Positions 38,489-47,999 of a stretch of DNA of 64,000 bases are shown here, piece after piece. The DNA comes from a virus (Duplodnaviria > Heunggongvirae > Uroviricota > Caudoviricetes): IMG/VR virus record IMGVR_UViG_3300046523_000117, one strand, 5' to 3'. Every line of letters begins with the position of its first letter. The stretch's first letter is position 1. The translations under genes were made by a program, and so were the position numbers. The notes beneath the pieces were generated by a model. That model ran no database searches. It saw only the letters and a program-made list of their open reading frames with translations, and was not told the origin of the DNA.

Positions 38489-39355
38489 TTAGGCCATTAC
38501 TTCCGCAATCATTTTCTTGACTGCTTCAATATTGACTGTTACGCCAGCTTCGATTTTGGCAATCTGTTCTTTCAGCGTTTCGGTTACCACAAACTCACCA
38601 ACTACAGCGTATTCACATACACGGGCTTTGGCGTTGTTGTAGTCCAATGGGAACGCAACAACGTTCTTCGGGTTAACCTTGACCACAACAATTTTGTTCT
38701 TGTTGTTGCCAGACCCGTAACCACCGCCGTATTGAGGTAGGTAGTCTTTAGAACAGATATGCAGGCCATGCGAGCAAGTCTGTTTCGGGTTGTCGTTAAC
38801 CTTGCTACGGTCCATCTTAACGACAGTACCGGGGCTGTTATCCATCTTGCCTGTATACAGGTCGAGGAAGTTAGGGCCAACGATCTTGTACGCTAGGAAA
38901 TGGCCGTCTTCGGTCATAGCCAAGTTGTTCACGATCAAGAAGTCATAGAAATCTTTGATCGAACGTGGGTTCGGGTTATCCAACAGATTATCGAGGAACT
39001 TAACCAATACGCCAGCATCAGCACCGGTACGAATCAATTCCTTGATTTTCGCGGTCAGCTTGGTATCAATCGGGTTCTTATCGCCGTCTTCGGTAACATA
39101 GAACAAATCACCATCGGTGAAGCCCACTTTGCCATCACCAAAGCTGTTGATAGCTTGGATCAGATCGAATTTCATCGAAACAAGTTCTTTGATTTTCTTT
39201 TTGTTGTCTTCTTTCAGTGCCTTTGCAAGTGTTTCAAAGGCTACTGGGTCTTCTGCGCGGAGGAAGGTGCCAGACATTTTCTGGCCCTTCTCGGTATTCA
39301 ACCAAACGTAAATCGTTTGTTCGTTGATAATAAACCGTAATTCTAGTTTCTTCAT
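38489..39355 (-). CDS. rIIB: rIIB
   Basis: FLDNLLDNP..EDGHFLAYK..TCSHGLHICS.DYL..VKVNPKNVV..DYNNAKARVCEY. Confidence 0.95.
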   Translation of the reverse strand: MKKLELRFIINEQTIYVWLNTEKGQKMSGTFLRAEDPVAFETLAKALKEDNKKKIKELVSMKFDLIQAINSFGDGKVGFTDGDLFYVTEDGDKNPIDTKLTAKIKELIRTGADAGVLVKFLDNLLDNPNPRSIKDFYDFLIVNNLAMTEDGHFLAYKIVGPNFLDLYTGKMDNSPGTVVKMDRSKVNDNPKQTCSHGLHICSKDYLPQYGGGYGSGNNKNKIVVVKVNPKNVVAFPLDYNNAKARVCEYAVVGEFVVTETLKEQIAKIEAGVTVNIEAVKKMIAEVMA

Positions 39356-41496
39356 TACTTCTTCATCAGAATGCTTTTCAGCTTTTGTTCGTCTATAATA
39401 CCACTGTTTACCATCGAACTAAACACAATCAAAGATTCTTTGAATTCCGTTTCAGGCCAATTGCTATAGTGGCGGTTAGCCAGTGTTTTCAACATACTCA
39501 TGCCAAAAACTTCTGTTGCAAATTTCGAGACATAACCAAACGGGTTGGCAGCTTTCGAATCGCCATAGACAGTCTTGATGAACTGAATCGTCAGATAGTC
39601 ATACGACGTGCCAAACTGAATACTACGGATTGCATCAAAATATTCTTTGAACAACGGGTTGACTTTAGGATCATTCACCGCCGCATCATATTTAGCCTGA
39701 TCCAGATTCAATGCTGTGCAGGCCCATTTGTGCTGGGATTCTACAAAGGATTGTTTCGACATCACGACCGCCAGCTTCGCCGGGATCAAATCTGCAATGT
39801 CTTCCCAGTCTTCCGGGATCTTGTCGTAGACCTTGTGAGTCGCAATGACAAGTGGTCGGCCTGTATCCTTGATGATTCCATCAATAATGTCCCAAATCAC
39901 TTGAGATACATCATCACCGGCCAAGATGCTGTTGCCGAACTGATAACGCTTAGCGCTGGTATCCCATTTGATGTAAAGGGTATCCGGGTTATCCTGTTCG
40001 ATACCATTGGTGTTCGTGTGCTGGCCTACTGCAATGATCCCACGGGCTTTCTGGTACTTGTAGAAACCGGAATAGCTGATCTTGGCACGGGCAGCGGCTA
40101 CCAACGGGTCAGAAGGCCCACGGGTCATTACCGGCGATTCATCCACGATATCGGAAATGAACTTGTACGGCGTACCATCAAGTTTGAACTTGGCGATCAC
40201 ATCATCAAACTGGTCCTGACCATCTGCACTATCCAACGCTTGCAGGAAAATGGTTTTGGTCATGTCTTCGCTTGTCCAGCGAATTTTCTTCTGGTACTTG
40301 CGTTTCACGTCGATCAGAACAAAATTGCCACCAGCCGCAGGACTGATCGCGATGTCATGAGCCTGACGATCTTTCAGACGCTCTTTGTACTTGGAATTGA
40401 TTTCCTTACACTGCCATTCAGCAATGTTTTTGTCATCCATGAAACGGTAATGCAGGGTGGCATTAATCGACTTGCCTTGGTATTTCAGGGCGAACAGGTT
40501 TTTCGAGTCATGACGGCAGTTGTAGACAATTGCATCATATACATTCGCACATGCATCAACACCGGCTTGCAGCTCTACCGACATTTCCGAACGAATGTTC
40601 TTCACACCGTCGATTAGGTTGGCAATGGTGTCTTCGTCATACGACAGACCTTCACGACCAGCGTTTACATCCAATCGACCAATGCCGAAATCGATCACAA
40701 AACCGCCAAGGCCAGCATCCATGTGTTTCTTCATGAAGCCGTCTGTTTCGAATTGGCTCAAATCCAGAGGATATGCAACCGGACCCATCAGAGCGAAACA
40801 CTGTTTCGAACCCTTGAGAACCTTGAAATTCGAACCTTCGTAGCCGTAAACCGGTTCATCCCACTCGAAGTTTTTGCCGGTCACACCAACCAATGGCTTG
40901 ACAGGGAAGAACTTGTATGCTTGCAGGGCAGCGGTACGGAACAGATTGTAATCGTTGGCCTTGATCGGAACCTTGATGGTTACACCGTCAACGAATTCAA
41001 CGCCATTTTCAGGATCGTTTTTGTTCGTTTCCAATAGGAACAGCTCAGGGGCACCGGACTTGTTTAGGAAACATGTATAGGTGTTCTGTACGCCGTTCTG
41101 ACGGGCATAGACTTCGAACGCATCGGTGTACGAGAACGGCGATTTCGAGCCAAGACCCATCGCACCAATGTAATCGTTACTGGTGGTTTTGGTGGATTCG
41201 AAATAGGTCGTGAATATGTTCTTGACCTGATCGTCATCCAGACCGGTTCCGTAGTCTATGATTTCGAGCCACGGATGAAGGTCGGCTGGTAGTACCAGTT
41301 TGAACGGTACAGATTCCTTACCAGCGGCTTTATGAGAATCGAGTGCGTTACAGCCGATTTCACGTAGGATTGCCAGTGGCTTGTTCGAATATAGGTTAGA
41401 ACTCAAGAGCTTGAACGCTTTTGCGTTAGCTTTGATGGTGAATGCGTGGCGGTCTTCGATGTTGCTGACAGCGTTGCTACCTTGGGTTACGATCAT
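39355..41496 (-). CDS. rIIA: rIIA (N-terminal GHKL-like domain)
   Basis: LSSNLYSNKPLAILREIGCNALDSH..DYGTGL..GAMGLGSKSPFSYTD. Confidence 0.95.
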   Translation of the reverse strand: MIVTQGSNAVSNIEDRHAFTIKANAKAFKLLSSNLYSNKPLAILREIGCNALDSHKAAGKESVPFKLVLPADLHPWLEIIDYGTGLDDDQVKNIFTTYFESTKTTSNDYIGAMGLGSKSPFSYTDAFEVYARQNGVQNTYTCFLNKSGAPELFLLETNKNDPENGVEFVDGVTIKVPIKANDYNLFRTAALQAYKFFPVKPLVGVTGKNFEWDEPVYGYEGSNFKVLKGSKQCFALMGPVAYPLDLSQFETDGFMKKHMDAGLGGFVIDFGIGRLDVNAGREGLSYDEDTIANLIDGVKNIRSEMSVELQAGVDACANVYDAIVYNCRHDSKNLFALKYQGKSINATLHYRFMDDKNIAEWQCKEINSKYKERLKDRQAHDIAISPAAGGNFVLIDVKRKYQKKIRWTSEDMTKTIFLQALDSADGQDQFDDVIAKFKLDGTPYKFISDIVDESPVMTRGPSDPLVAAARAKISYSGFYKYQKARGIIAVGQHTNTNGIEQDNPDTLYIKWDTSAKRYQFGNSILAGDDVSQVIWDIIDGIIKDTGRPLVIATHKVYDKIPEDWEDIADLIPAKLAVVMSKQSFVESQHKWACTALNLDQAKYDAAVNDPKVNPLFKEYFDAIRSIQFGTSYDYLTIQFIKTVYGDSKAANPFGYVSKFATEVFGMSMLKTLANRHYSNWPETEFKESLIVFSSMVNSGIIDEQKLKSILMKK

Positions 41497-41529
41497 TAAA
41501 TTAATTACTCACTATGTTTTGATATGCAA

Positions 41530-41562
41530 ATTCTATCACGATTCGGGTTTGATCTAAACAGA
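41530..41562 (-). promoter_or_regulatory. GTTTAGA-class promoter for rIIA operon
   Basis: TCTGTTTAGA-17-TAGAAT with TG extension. Confidence 0.7.
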
Positions 41563-41585
41563 ATCAAACCCGAATTCGAAAATTT

Positions 41586-42122
41586 TTAGGCCACTAGACC
41601 CAAGGCATTTTTGCCCGCGATGTGTTTGCTGTAGGTTGCTGCGATTGCTTCTGGCGTGGTCAACGTCTCTAGCGCCTTGGCGTGGAACAACTCGTCTTTG
41701 AGGATTTTGGTGAACACCGCTGCGATGTCCTCGAATCGTTCATCAGCCGCGAGCAGTTGGATACGATCCAAACGCATGGTTTCCGCGTGATAACCGATTG
41801 CACACGCCAATTCGAACGTTTCCGGCAATTCTTCCATTGCAGCATCCCAGTAGCGTTCATCACGCTTGAGAAGTACATCGTCAATGCCGCGATTAAGAAG
41901 CAAACTCTTAACCCACATGGCATGGTTGCGTTCGTCGGCTGCGATCTTTTCCAGCAACAGCTTGTTCTTGCCTGTTACGTTGTAGATTTCTATCAGTTTC
42001 AGAACACGATCCACGGCAGTTGATTCGCCGTAGTATTGGCTCTTGAGCCATTTGATCATTTTTACAGGATCGCTAGAGACATCATCCCACCATTGTTCGG
42101 TGGTGCGTAGTTCTTGGGTCAT
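41586..42122 (-). CDS. Ferritin-like di-iron protein
   Basis: GE..A, ADERNH, AE..R, KDELFH four-helix ExxH pattern. Confidence 0.75.
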   Translation of the reverse strand: MTQELRTTEQWWDDVSSDPVKMIKWLKSQYYGESTAVDRVLKLIEIYNVTGKNKLLLEKIAADERNHAMWVKSLLLNRGIDDVLLKRDERYWDAAMEELPETFELACAIGYHAETMRLDRIQLLAADERFEDIAAVFTKILKDELFHAKALETLTTPEAIAATYSKHIAGKNALGLVA

Positions 42123-42220
42123 ACAAATTCCTTAAATTTGATAATCATTCGATCTTTTACCACCAACCTTGCTGGGGTACTGGCATTTTTCATACAGACC
42201 AGCACCGTATACCAATTTCA

Positions 42221-43123
42221 TCAAACGAATTCGCCAATCCGACCAAGCATTTCCTTCAAACGATGTTTGATGAAATAATTGAAAATTCCAGCGCCATTTG
42301 GTCTTGGCTCGTTAAACGCGGCCATGATTTTGTCCTGAATCTCTTGAGGAATCATCCCCAGATCCAGCATTTTCTGGTTTTCGTAGAAGCGCTTGATCAT
42401 GAATTCATCGCCCCATTGTTCAATAGGTTCATGCATCCATATATCCAATTCTTTTTGATAGATGGATTTCTGTCTTGTATCACGGAAATTCATCAAATGA
42501 TCGGACACAGATTTGATGCTGGCAATGCAATCTTTAGGATCGCCTTTCAAGATTTTTTCCATCAAATGCAAATGCGCAGAACCATGCTTCGGTTCAACCC
42601 ATTTCTTCTGGATCGGTGACCATTGTTTCACGTTCTTGAATTTCGATAGCTGAGCCCAGTCACTATCAGACGAAACCAGAAGGATTCGATCATATTTGTG
42701 CCAAAGCTGGTGGGTCAGAACCCCGGCGATGTCATCCGCTTCGATACCCTGAATCTGAATCGTCCGGTAAGGAAATATCAAATGCAGTTCTTCGCGAACC
42801 TGATTCATCGCTTCAAAGATCACTTTCCAATCCCAACCGGAATTGTCCCGTTGGTCTTTTCGGTGCGCCTTGTAATATGATGCAAATTCTTTTCGCCAAT
42901 ACGGCCCACGGTCACACGCCAGAACGATATCCGGGTATATTGACTTATTGGTTAGAACGTTGAAACGAATCGAGTTCAAAGCAACGTGACGTATCAAATC
43001 AACTGATAGTTCTTCGGTTGGTCGGAATGTCGCGTTGATTGTACTGATTATGATTTGGGAGAAATCGACGATCATCAAACCTGATTTTCGTTCTTCTTCA
43101 CCCAGAAATTCCGCTAGACTCAC
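42221..43123 (-). CDS. rnh: RNase H / 5'-3' exonuclease (T4 type)
   Basis: IVDFSQII..LACD..YWRK..YYKAHRK..EADDIAG..SSDSDW..KILKGDPKDCI. Confidence 0.96.
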   Translation of the reverse strand: MSLAEFLGEEERKSGLMIVDFSQIIISTINATFRPTEELSVDLIRHVALNSIRFNVLTNKSIYPDIVLACDRGPYWRKEFASYYKAHRKDQRDNSGWDWKVIFEAMNQVREELHLIFPYRTIQIQGIEADDIAGVLTHQLWHKYDRILLVSSDSDWAQLSKFKNVKQWSPIQKKWVEPKHGSAHLHLMEKILKGDPKDCIASIKSVSDHLMNFRDTRQKSIYQKELDIWMHEPIEQWGDEFMIKRFYENQKMLDLGMIPQEIQDKIMAAFNEPRPNGAGIFNYFIKHRLKEMLGRIGEFV

Positions 43124-43449
43124 GCTTTCTTTTTACCTTTTGTTGATGCTCGATGTTGGATCAAATTTTTCTGCATTTGAATCCAACCATAGACATACGC
43201 CGCAGAACAGCGAACCACGTTGCTACCACCGACTGAGATTTCGGCCATTCCACCTTCTATGAATTTGGTGGTGTCTGTGGCACTGATACGGGAAATCGGT
43301 CGAATGATCATTTGATCAGGCATCATTGGGTTGTTACCCATCCTGACAAAGACCCCTACACCCGTCTCCCAACCCTGTGTGTAAAACACAGTGTCTTCTA
43401 CAGGCCCGGTCGGCTTGGCATTGGCTTTCGTTTTCTTCAAATTCGCCAC
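43120..43449 (-). CDS. Hypothetical protein
   Basis: First gene after GTTTAGG promoter; overlaps rnh start. Confidence 0.6.
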   Translation of the reverse strand: MANLKKTKANAKPTGPVEDTVFYTQGWETGVGVFVRMGNNPMMPDQMIIRPISRISATDTTKFIEGGMAEISVGGSNVVRCSAAYVYGWIQMQKNLIQHRASTKGKKKA

Positions 43450-43486
43450 CTACTAAATACTCGTTTGGGTTCGTTCATTTGGTGCC

Positions 43487-43519
43487 ACTTTACCACGGGA
43501 TCGGTCGAACCTAAACAGA
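43487..43519 (-). promoter_or_regulatory. GTTTAG-class promoter for rnh operon
   Basis: TCTGTTTAGG-17-TAAAGT with TG extension. Confidence 0.6.
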
Positions 43520-43563
43520 ATCCCAACAATTTTGTTTTGATTCGTTGCATCAAATTTTTCGCG

Positions 43564-43571
43564 TATAAATA
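43564..43571 (+). promoter_or_regulatory. Late promoter TATAAATA (long fibre)
   Basis: Exact consensus, divergent from rnh as for T4 gene 34. Confidence 0.85.
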
Positions 43572-43638
43572 GACATATCATAGCAGATTTACGTCTGCTT
43601 CTAAACACAAACCGGTCGATAGTGACACCGAGGTAATA

Positions 43639-46600
43639 ATGAGCGGACCACAAGCAAAACCATTCAAAGCCAGATTGGGTATTGATGCAAACAATGAAAA
43701 AGTCATCAATGTCAAAGATCCATCAGACAATACAGACGCGATAAACGTACAGTATTTGGTTGCAAAAAACACTGTACCACAATTTGATGCAACAAGGGCG
43801 TACCCAACCGGGTTCATCGTTGAGCGTTCTGATCGTTTATACAAAGCTAAAGCGGCCATTTCAGTCGGGGCATTTGATCTAAACGCATGGTCTGAAATTC
43901 ATGCATTCAACCTATGGCAACGGATCGCGGGTGCTTATACAGCAGAACCCGGCGACTGCCTACTGTTGAACACAGCATCCAGTTCTGTAACGATTACTCT
44001 ACCAGTGGTCGTGGAAGAAGGTGATATGGTCTATATCATCGATGAAGGTACGGCATCAACCAATCCGATCATTTTGAGTGCTGGTACAAACACATTTAAC
44101 AACAGCGGTGTGTCAACCTATTCAATCAATTCGTCTGATACAACTCAGGTTGTGTTCTTGGGTGGTACATGGCGTGTTATTCGTATTGCACGACCACAAT
44201 ACCAACTGATTAACTCAAATCAAACTGTTGCACCAAACACATTCAACTATGTTCAACTGGCAGCAACTCCGATTACAGTTATCCTACCGATTAACCCGAT
44301 TCAAGGTCAATGGGTGGTGGTTGCAGATGGTGTATCCAATGCATCGAATTATAACATTACTATCAACGGTAACGGTAAGACGATCAGCGGTTCTGCATCG
44401 TATGTAATCAACCGCAGTGGTAGTATCGTTTCGATGTTATACGATCAACCGTCTGGTGAATGGAAAGCTGTTAGCGTAGCCAGTACCGGGCGTAGAATGG
44501 AAACCCTGACCCCGTTGGTCAACCAAAGTGTATTTGTTACATTGGATGGCACGGCCAAAACTTTGAACCTACCGGTTTCAACTTCGGTATCCGATGGTGA
44601 TTGGGTTGAAGTAATTACTAAGTTCCAAGATACAGTAGCTACAGGATCGTTGGTAGTAACAGCATCTGGTGGTGGGTTCTTCCGTATGAATGGTGCGGCT
44701 CAAAACACCACAACATATAGAATCAAGCAACGTAGTAAAACATTGTTCCTATACAAAGGTGGTGAATGGTCGATATTCACAACTAACGACACAACAGCGG
44801 TTCCTGCAATTTCTACCGGATCGATGATTTCAAATTCCTTTGTCACCCTTACAGGTGCATCAGGTCAAACCATCCTGTTACCGCAAAATGATCAAGTGAG
44901 AATCGGTGACACCGTTACGGCTGTTATCAACTCGACATCGTTTTCTGTTAACGTTGGTCTGCAAAACACATCCACCCAGATTCTGGATGGTGGGGTTGCT
45001 AACCTGACATATACCGCCGCTGATAACGGTCTGATGGTTACTTACATCTATCGTGGTTGGAATGGGTCCAAATATGTTTGGGAAAGTATCGTTCATGGTT
45101 CGCCATATCTGAAAAAGACTTCGAATCTATCTGATCTGCCGGACCCTAGTGTGGCACGTACCACGTTAAACGTTTACAGCAAATCAGAAGCTGATGCCAA
45201 GTTCCTAGGAGCATCTGGGTCAACCGCTGCTATGGCATTGGATACCGTTAAAGTTGGTGGTGTAATCGCCGCTCAAATGGCACAGAACACGGCAACCGCG
45301 TTGGTTGGTGACGACCCTAATACTACAGGGCTTAACTTGATTGTAACCAATCATATTAATACACCAAATGCCGGTGCAACATACTGGTATATTAACACCG
45401 TATGGACTGGATCGATTTCGAATACTTCGGCTCGATTCCAAATGGCGTATCAATACACTGGTAACCCAGCGATTGAATTTAGACAGTATAACCCAGCCGG
45501 TGGCGGCACTTGGTCTGACTGGATTACAGTTTCGACTATTGTTGATGGGTCAACATATAACATCAATATCCTTGGGTTGGCATCAACCGCATCTAAACTT
45601 AACATCGCCCGTACCATTAACGGTGTAAATTTTGATGGTACTGCGAATATCACAGTAGCTGATGCAACCAAACTGCCAACAACTGGTGGTCTAGTAACTG
45701 GCCCGATTTCCAGAGCTGGTACATCGGTTAAAGTGTATGATCAGGTTCTGTCTAAGTTTGTTGGTGGCGGTAGTGGTACAATCACCGGTACGTTGAAGGT
45801 TGTTTTACCGGTTGGTTATAATAGCACCATGATGAAAATGCATATTGGTATTTTCGATTCTGGAACTGATAAATCCAATACTGAGTTGGTGGTGGGGGGT
45901 TATAATTACTCCGGTACACCGGCATGGACTAACGTATCTGCCAGTACAAACGGTGGGCCTACTTCTGCGATTGGTCAGACTGTCCGATTCGCATTTGATG
46001 GGGTCAACAACTGCATTCTGATCGGTACTACAACATCGGTTTGGGCATACCCATCTGTAACGGTTAAAGATGTCAATCTTAGTTTCACCGGGGCCAGCCT
46101 ATCGGGTTGGGATACTGGTGCTTGGGATGCGGCTGTAATTACTAGCGAAACCGGTATTACAGTTACAGCGACCGCTGCAATTGATGTGAATATTGCGAAA
46201 CTAGATAGATCGGTCAACCTGTTTTCCGGTGAAGTTCAATCTGGTGGGATCAATAGCTACCGCCAAGTTCAGGGTAACTATGGTACGTTCTGGCGTAACG
46301 ATGGTGCTAACCTTTATCTGATGCAAACTGCGTCTGGTGATGCATACGGTACATACAACAGTTACCGTCCACTTATCATGACGTTGGCAACTGGTGCGAT
46401 GCAATCTAGCTCCAACTGGACATTTAACGCTAACCTATCGGTATTGGGTGCATTAACCGCGTCTGGTACAGCGACGTTCAGCGGGACTCATACCTTCGCA
46501 GGAACAACTACTCATAGTAACTGGTGGCGTTCTAGTGGGTCAACCGGATGGATGAGTCAAGATTTTGGTGGTGGTATTTTCATGCAGGATACAACTTGGG

Positions 46601-47034
46601 TTCGTGTATACGGATCTAAAGGGCTCTATGTATCGAACGATATCGCATCAACCGGTAACGTAATCGCGTATTACTCCGATAAACGCCTGAAAGAGAACCT
46701 GAAACCAATTGCTAATGCATTGGATACTGTAAGGTCTTGGACTGGTTACACCTATAACGCTAACGCTTTGGGTGCCTCGTTCGGATATGATCCAGAGAAA
46801 CAAGAAATTGGTCTGTTGGCTCAAGATGTTCAAGCAACTACCCCACAAGCGGTAGAACGCGCACCATTTGATACATCTGATGTTAAAGGTGGATCGCTAA
46901 CAGGTGAAAACTACTTGACCCTGAAATATGAGCGTCTAGTACCTGTATTGGTCGAAGCAATTAAAGAGCAGGATAAGGAAATTCAAACTCTAAAACAACA
47001 AGTCGCGGCACTGATCGCAGCAATTAGCAAGTAA
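43639..47034 (+). CDS. Long tail fibre: gp34-like N-terminus, gp37-like distal part, C-terminal S74 intramolecular chaperone
   Basis: FKARLGIDA..KVINV..NTVPQFDATRAY (gp34-like); NYGTFWRNDG..LYLM..G.YN..RPL (gp37-like); SDKRLKENL..LKYERLVPVLVEAIKE (S74). Confidence 0.9.
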   Translation: MSGPQAKPFKARLGIDANNEKVINVKDPSDNTDAINVQYLVAKNTVPQFDATRAYPTGFIVERSDRLYKAKAAISVGAFDLNAWSEIHAFNLWQRIAGAYTAEPGDCLLLNTASSSVTITLPVVVEEGDMVYIIDEGTASTNPIILSAGTNTFNNSGVSTYSINSSDTTQVVFLGGTWRVIRIARPQYQLINSNQTVAPNTFNYVQLAATPITVILPINPIQGQWVVVADGVSNASNYNITINGNGKTISGSASYVINRSGSIVSMLYDQPSGEWKAVSVASTGRRMETLTPLVNQSVFVTLDGTAKTLNLPVSTSVSDGDWVEVITKFQDTVATGSLVVTASGGGFFRMNGAAQNTTTYRIKQRSKTLFLYKGGEWSIFTTNDTTAVPAISTGSMISNSFVTLTGASGQTILLPQNDQVRIGDTVTAVINSTSFSVNVGLQNTSTQILDGGVANLTYTAADNGLMVTYIYRGWNGSKYVWESIVHGSPYLKKTSNLSDLPDPSVARTTLNVYSKSEADAKFLGASGSTAAMALDTVKVGGVIAAQMAQNTATALVGDDPNTTGLNLIVTNHINTPNAGATYWYINTVWTGSISNTSARFQMAYQYTGNPAIEFRQYNPAGGGTWSDWITVSTIVDGSTYNINILGLASTASKLNIARTINGVNFDGTANITVADATKLPTTGGLVTGPISRAGTSVKVYDQVLSKFVGGGSGTITGTLKVVLPVGYNSTMMKMHIGIFDSGTDKSNTELVVGGYNYSGTPAWTNVSASTNGGPTSAIGQTVRFAFDGVNNCILIGTTTSVWAYPSVTVKDVNLSFTGASLSGWDTGAWDAAVITSETGITVTATAAIDVNIAKLDRSVNLFSGEVQSGGINSYRQVQGNYGTFWRNDGANLYLMQTASGDAYGTYNSYRPLIMTLATGAMQSSSNWTFNANLSVLGALTASGTATFSGTHTFAGTTTHSNWWRSSGSTGWMSQDFGGGIFMQDTTWVRVYGSKGLYVSNDIASTGNVIAYYSDKRLKENLKPIANALDTVRSWTGYTYNANALGASFGYDPEKQEIGLLAQDVQATTPQAVERAPFDTSDVKGGSLTGENYLTLKYERLVPVLVEAIKEQDKEIQTLKQQVAALIAAISK

Positions 47035-47038
47035 TTTC

Positions 47039-47074
47039 AAGGGGCCAATTGGCCCCTTTTTTATTTGATAAATA
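47039..47074 (+). promoter_or_regulatory. Terminator followed by late promoter variant GATAAATA
   Basis: AAGGGGCC-aatt-GGCCCCTT-TTTT; GATAAATA 47067-74. Confidence 0.75.
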
Positions 47075-47106
47075 CTATATAATATTCACCTTATTGAGTA
47101 ACAATC

Positions 47107-47967
47107 ATGACTACACCTGCTGGTCAAATTGCGATGTCTGATGTCAACGTCGAATTGGGCGCTGCATACAACCGTGCCAATACATCGTTAAACCTTAGTG
47201 CGGTTCGGACTCTGGCACAAGTATCGTCCGGTCAGATTTCGATGGCAAACCTCCGCAGCAAATCAAACACATTTACATTAACCATCAGTGGTGTGCAAAA
47301 CGGTAACCTTCGTAATATCGCCAACTCCAATGGTTATTCTGGTCAACCTAAAGTTTATCTAATCTTGATTGGTAACTTTTATTCTTATAATGCTGGTATA
47401 CCAGCATGTGTTGTTGGGTTCTGGCCGAATTACACACAACTTACAATCGAACTTCGCGGATCTATCCAAGCCTATGGTGGTATTGGAGGTGCTGGAGGTT
47501 ATCAGGGTTGGGGTTCGTCCGGCACTGCCGGTGGGTATGCACTTCAATTCACTAACAACATTGCCGGTGGGTCTATCACACTTTATATAAACGGTGGATG
47601 GGTTTATGGAGGCGGTGGAGGTGGAGGTGGCGGTGGGGGCGGTGTTGTCCAAACCGGTACATTTAATAACCCATCATGTTCATGGAGCACTGGTGGATGG
47701 GGTGGTAACGGGATGGGATACGGTATATTTCAATCTGGTGGTGGGTCTGGAACTAACTCCGGTGGGGATGGTTACGGCGGTACTGGTGGTTGGGGTGGTG
47801 GTTGGGGTGGTGCCGGTGCGGATGGTTCTGCCGGTGTGCAAGGCAGCCAATGTTCTGGTGCTTGGCCCGGTGGTACGGGCGGTTCCGCTGGATATGCATA
47901 CCTTGGCTGGGGTAACGTAAATAGTTACATCGGTAACACCGGCAACTATTCTGGGTTGGTGGGTTGA
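47107..47967 (+). CDS. gp38: Gly-rich receptor-recognition adhesin (gp38-like)
   Basis: Follows S74-bearing fibre; GGGGG-rich motifs separated by aromatic loops, typical of PGII-sandwich adhesins. Confidence 0.8.
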   Translation: MTTPAGQIAMSDVNVELGAAYNRANTSLNLSAVRTLAQVSSGQISMANLRSKSNTFTLTISGVQNGNLRNIANSNGYSGQPKVYLILIGNFYSYNAGIPACVVGFWPNYTQLTIELRGSIQAYGGIGGAGGYQGWGSSGTAGGYALQFTNNIAGGSITLYINGGWVYGGGGGGGGGGGGVVQTGTFNNPSCSWSTGGWGGNGMGYGIFQSGGGSGTNSGGDGYGGTGGWGGGWGGAGADGSAGVQGSQCSGAWPGGTGGSAGYAYLGWGNVNSYIGNTGNYSGLVG

Positions 47968-47999
47968 TACCACCAACTATGAACAATGAGAGTATATAG

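Noticed and set aside
39385-40617. 410 aa antisense ORF over rIIA
   Set aside because: Shadow ORF; the same applies to 5546..6163, 36276..36911, 33617..34222, 52132..52953 and 53595..54305
47590-47890. GGT/GGC-rich DNA repeats
   Set aside because: Explained by Gly-rich adhesin coding; not collagen Gly-X-Y
43639-47967. Diversity-generating retroelement or invertible shufflon at the fibre tip
   Set aside because: No reverse transcriptase, template/variable repeat pair, invertase or alternative tips seen
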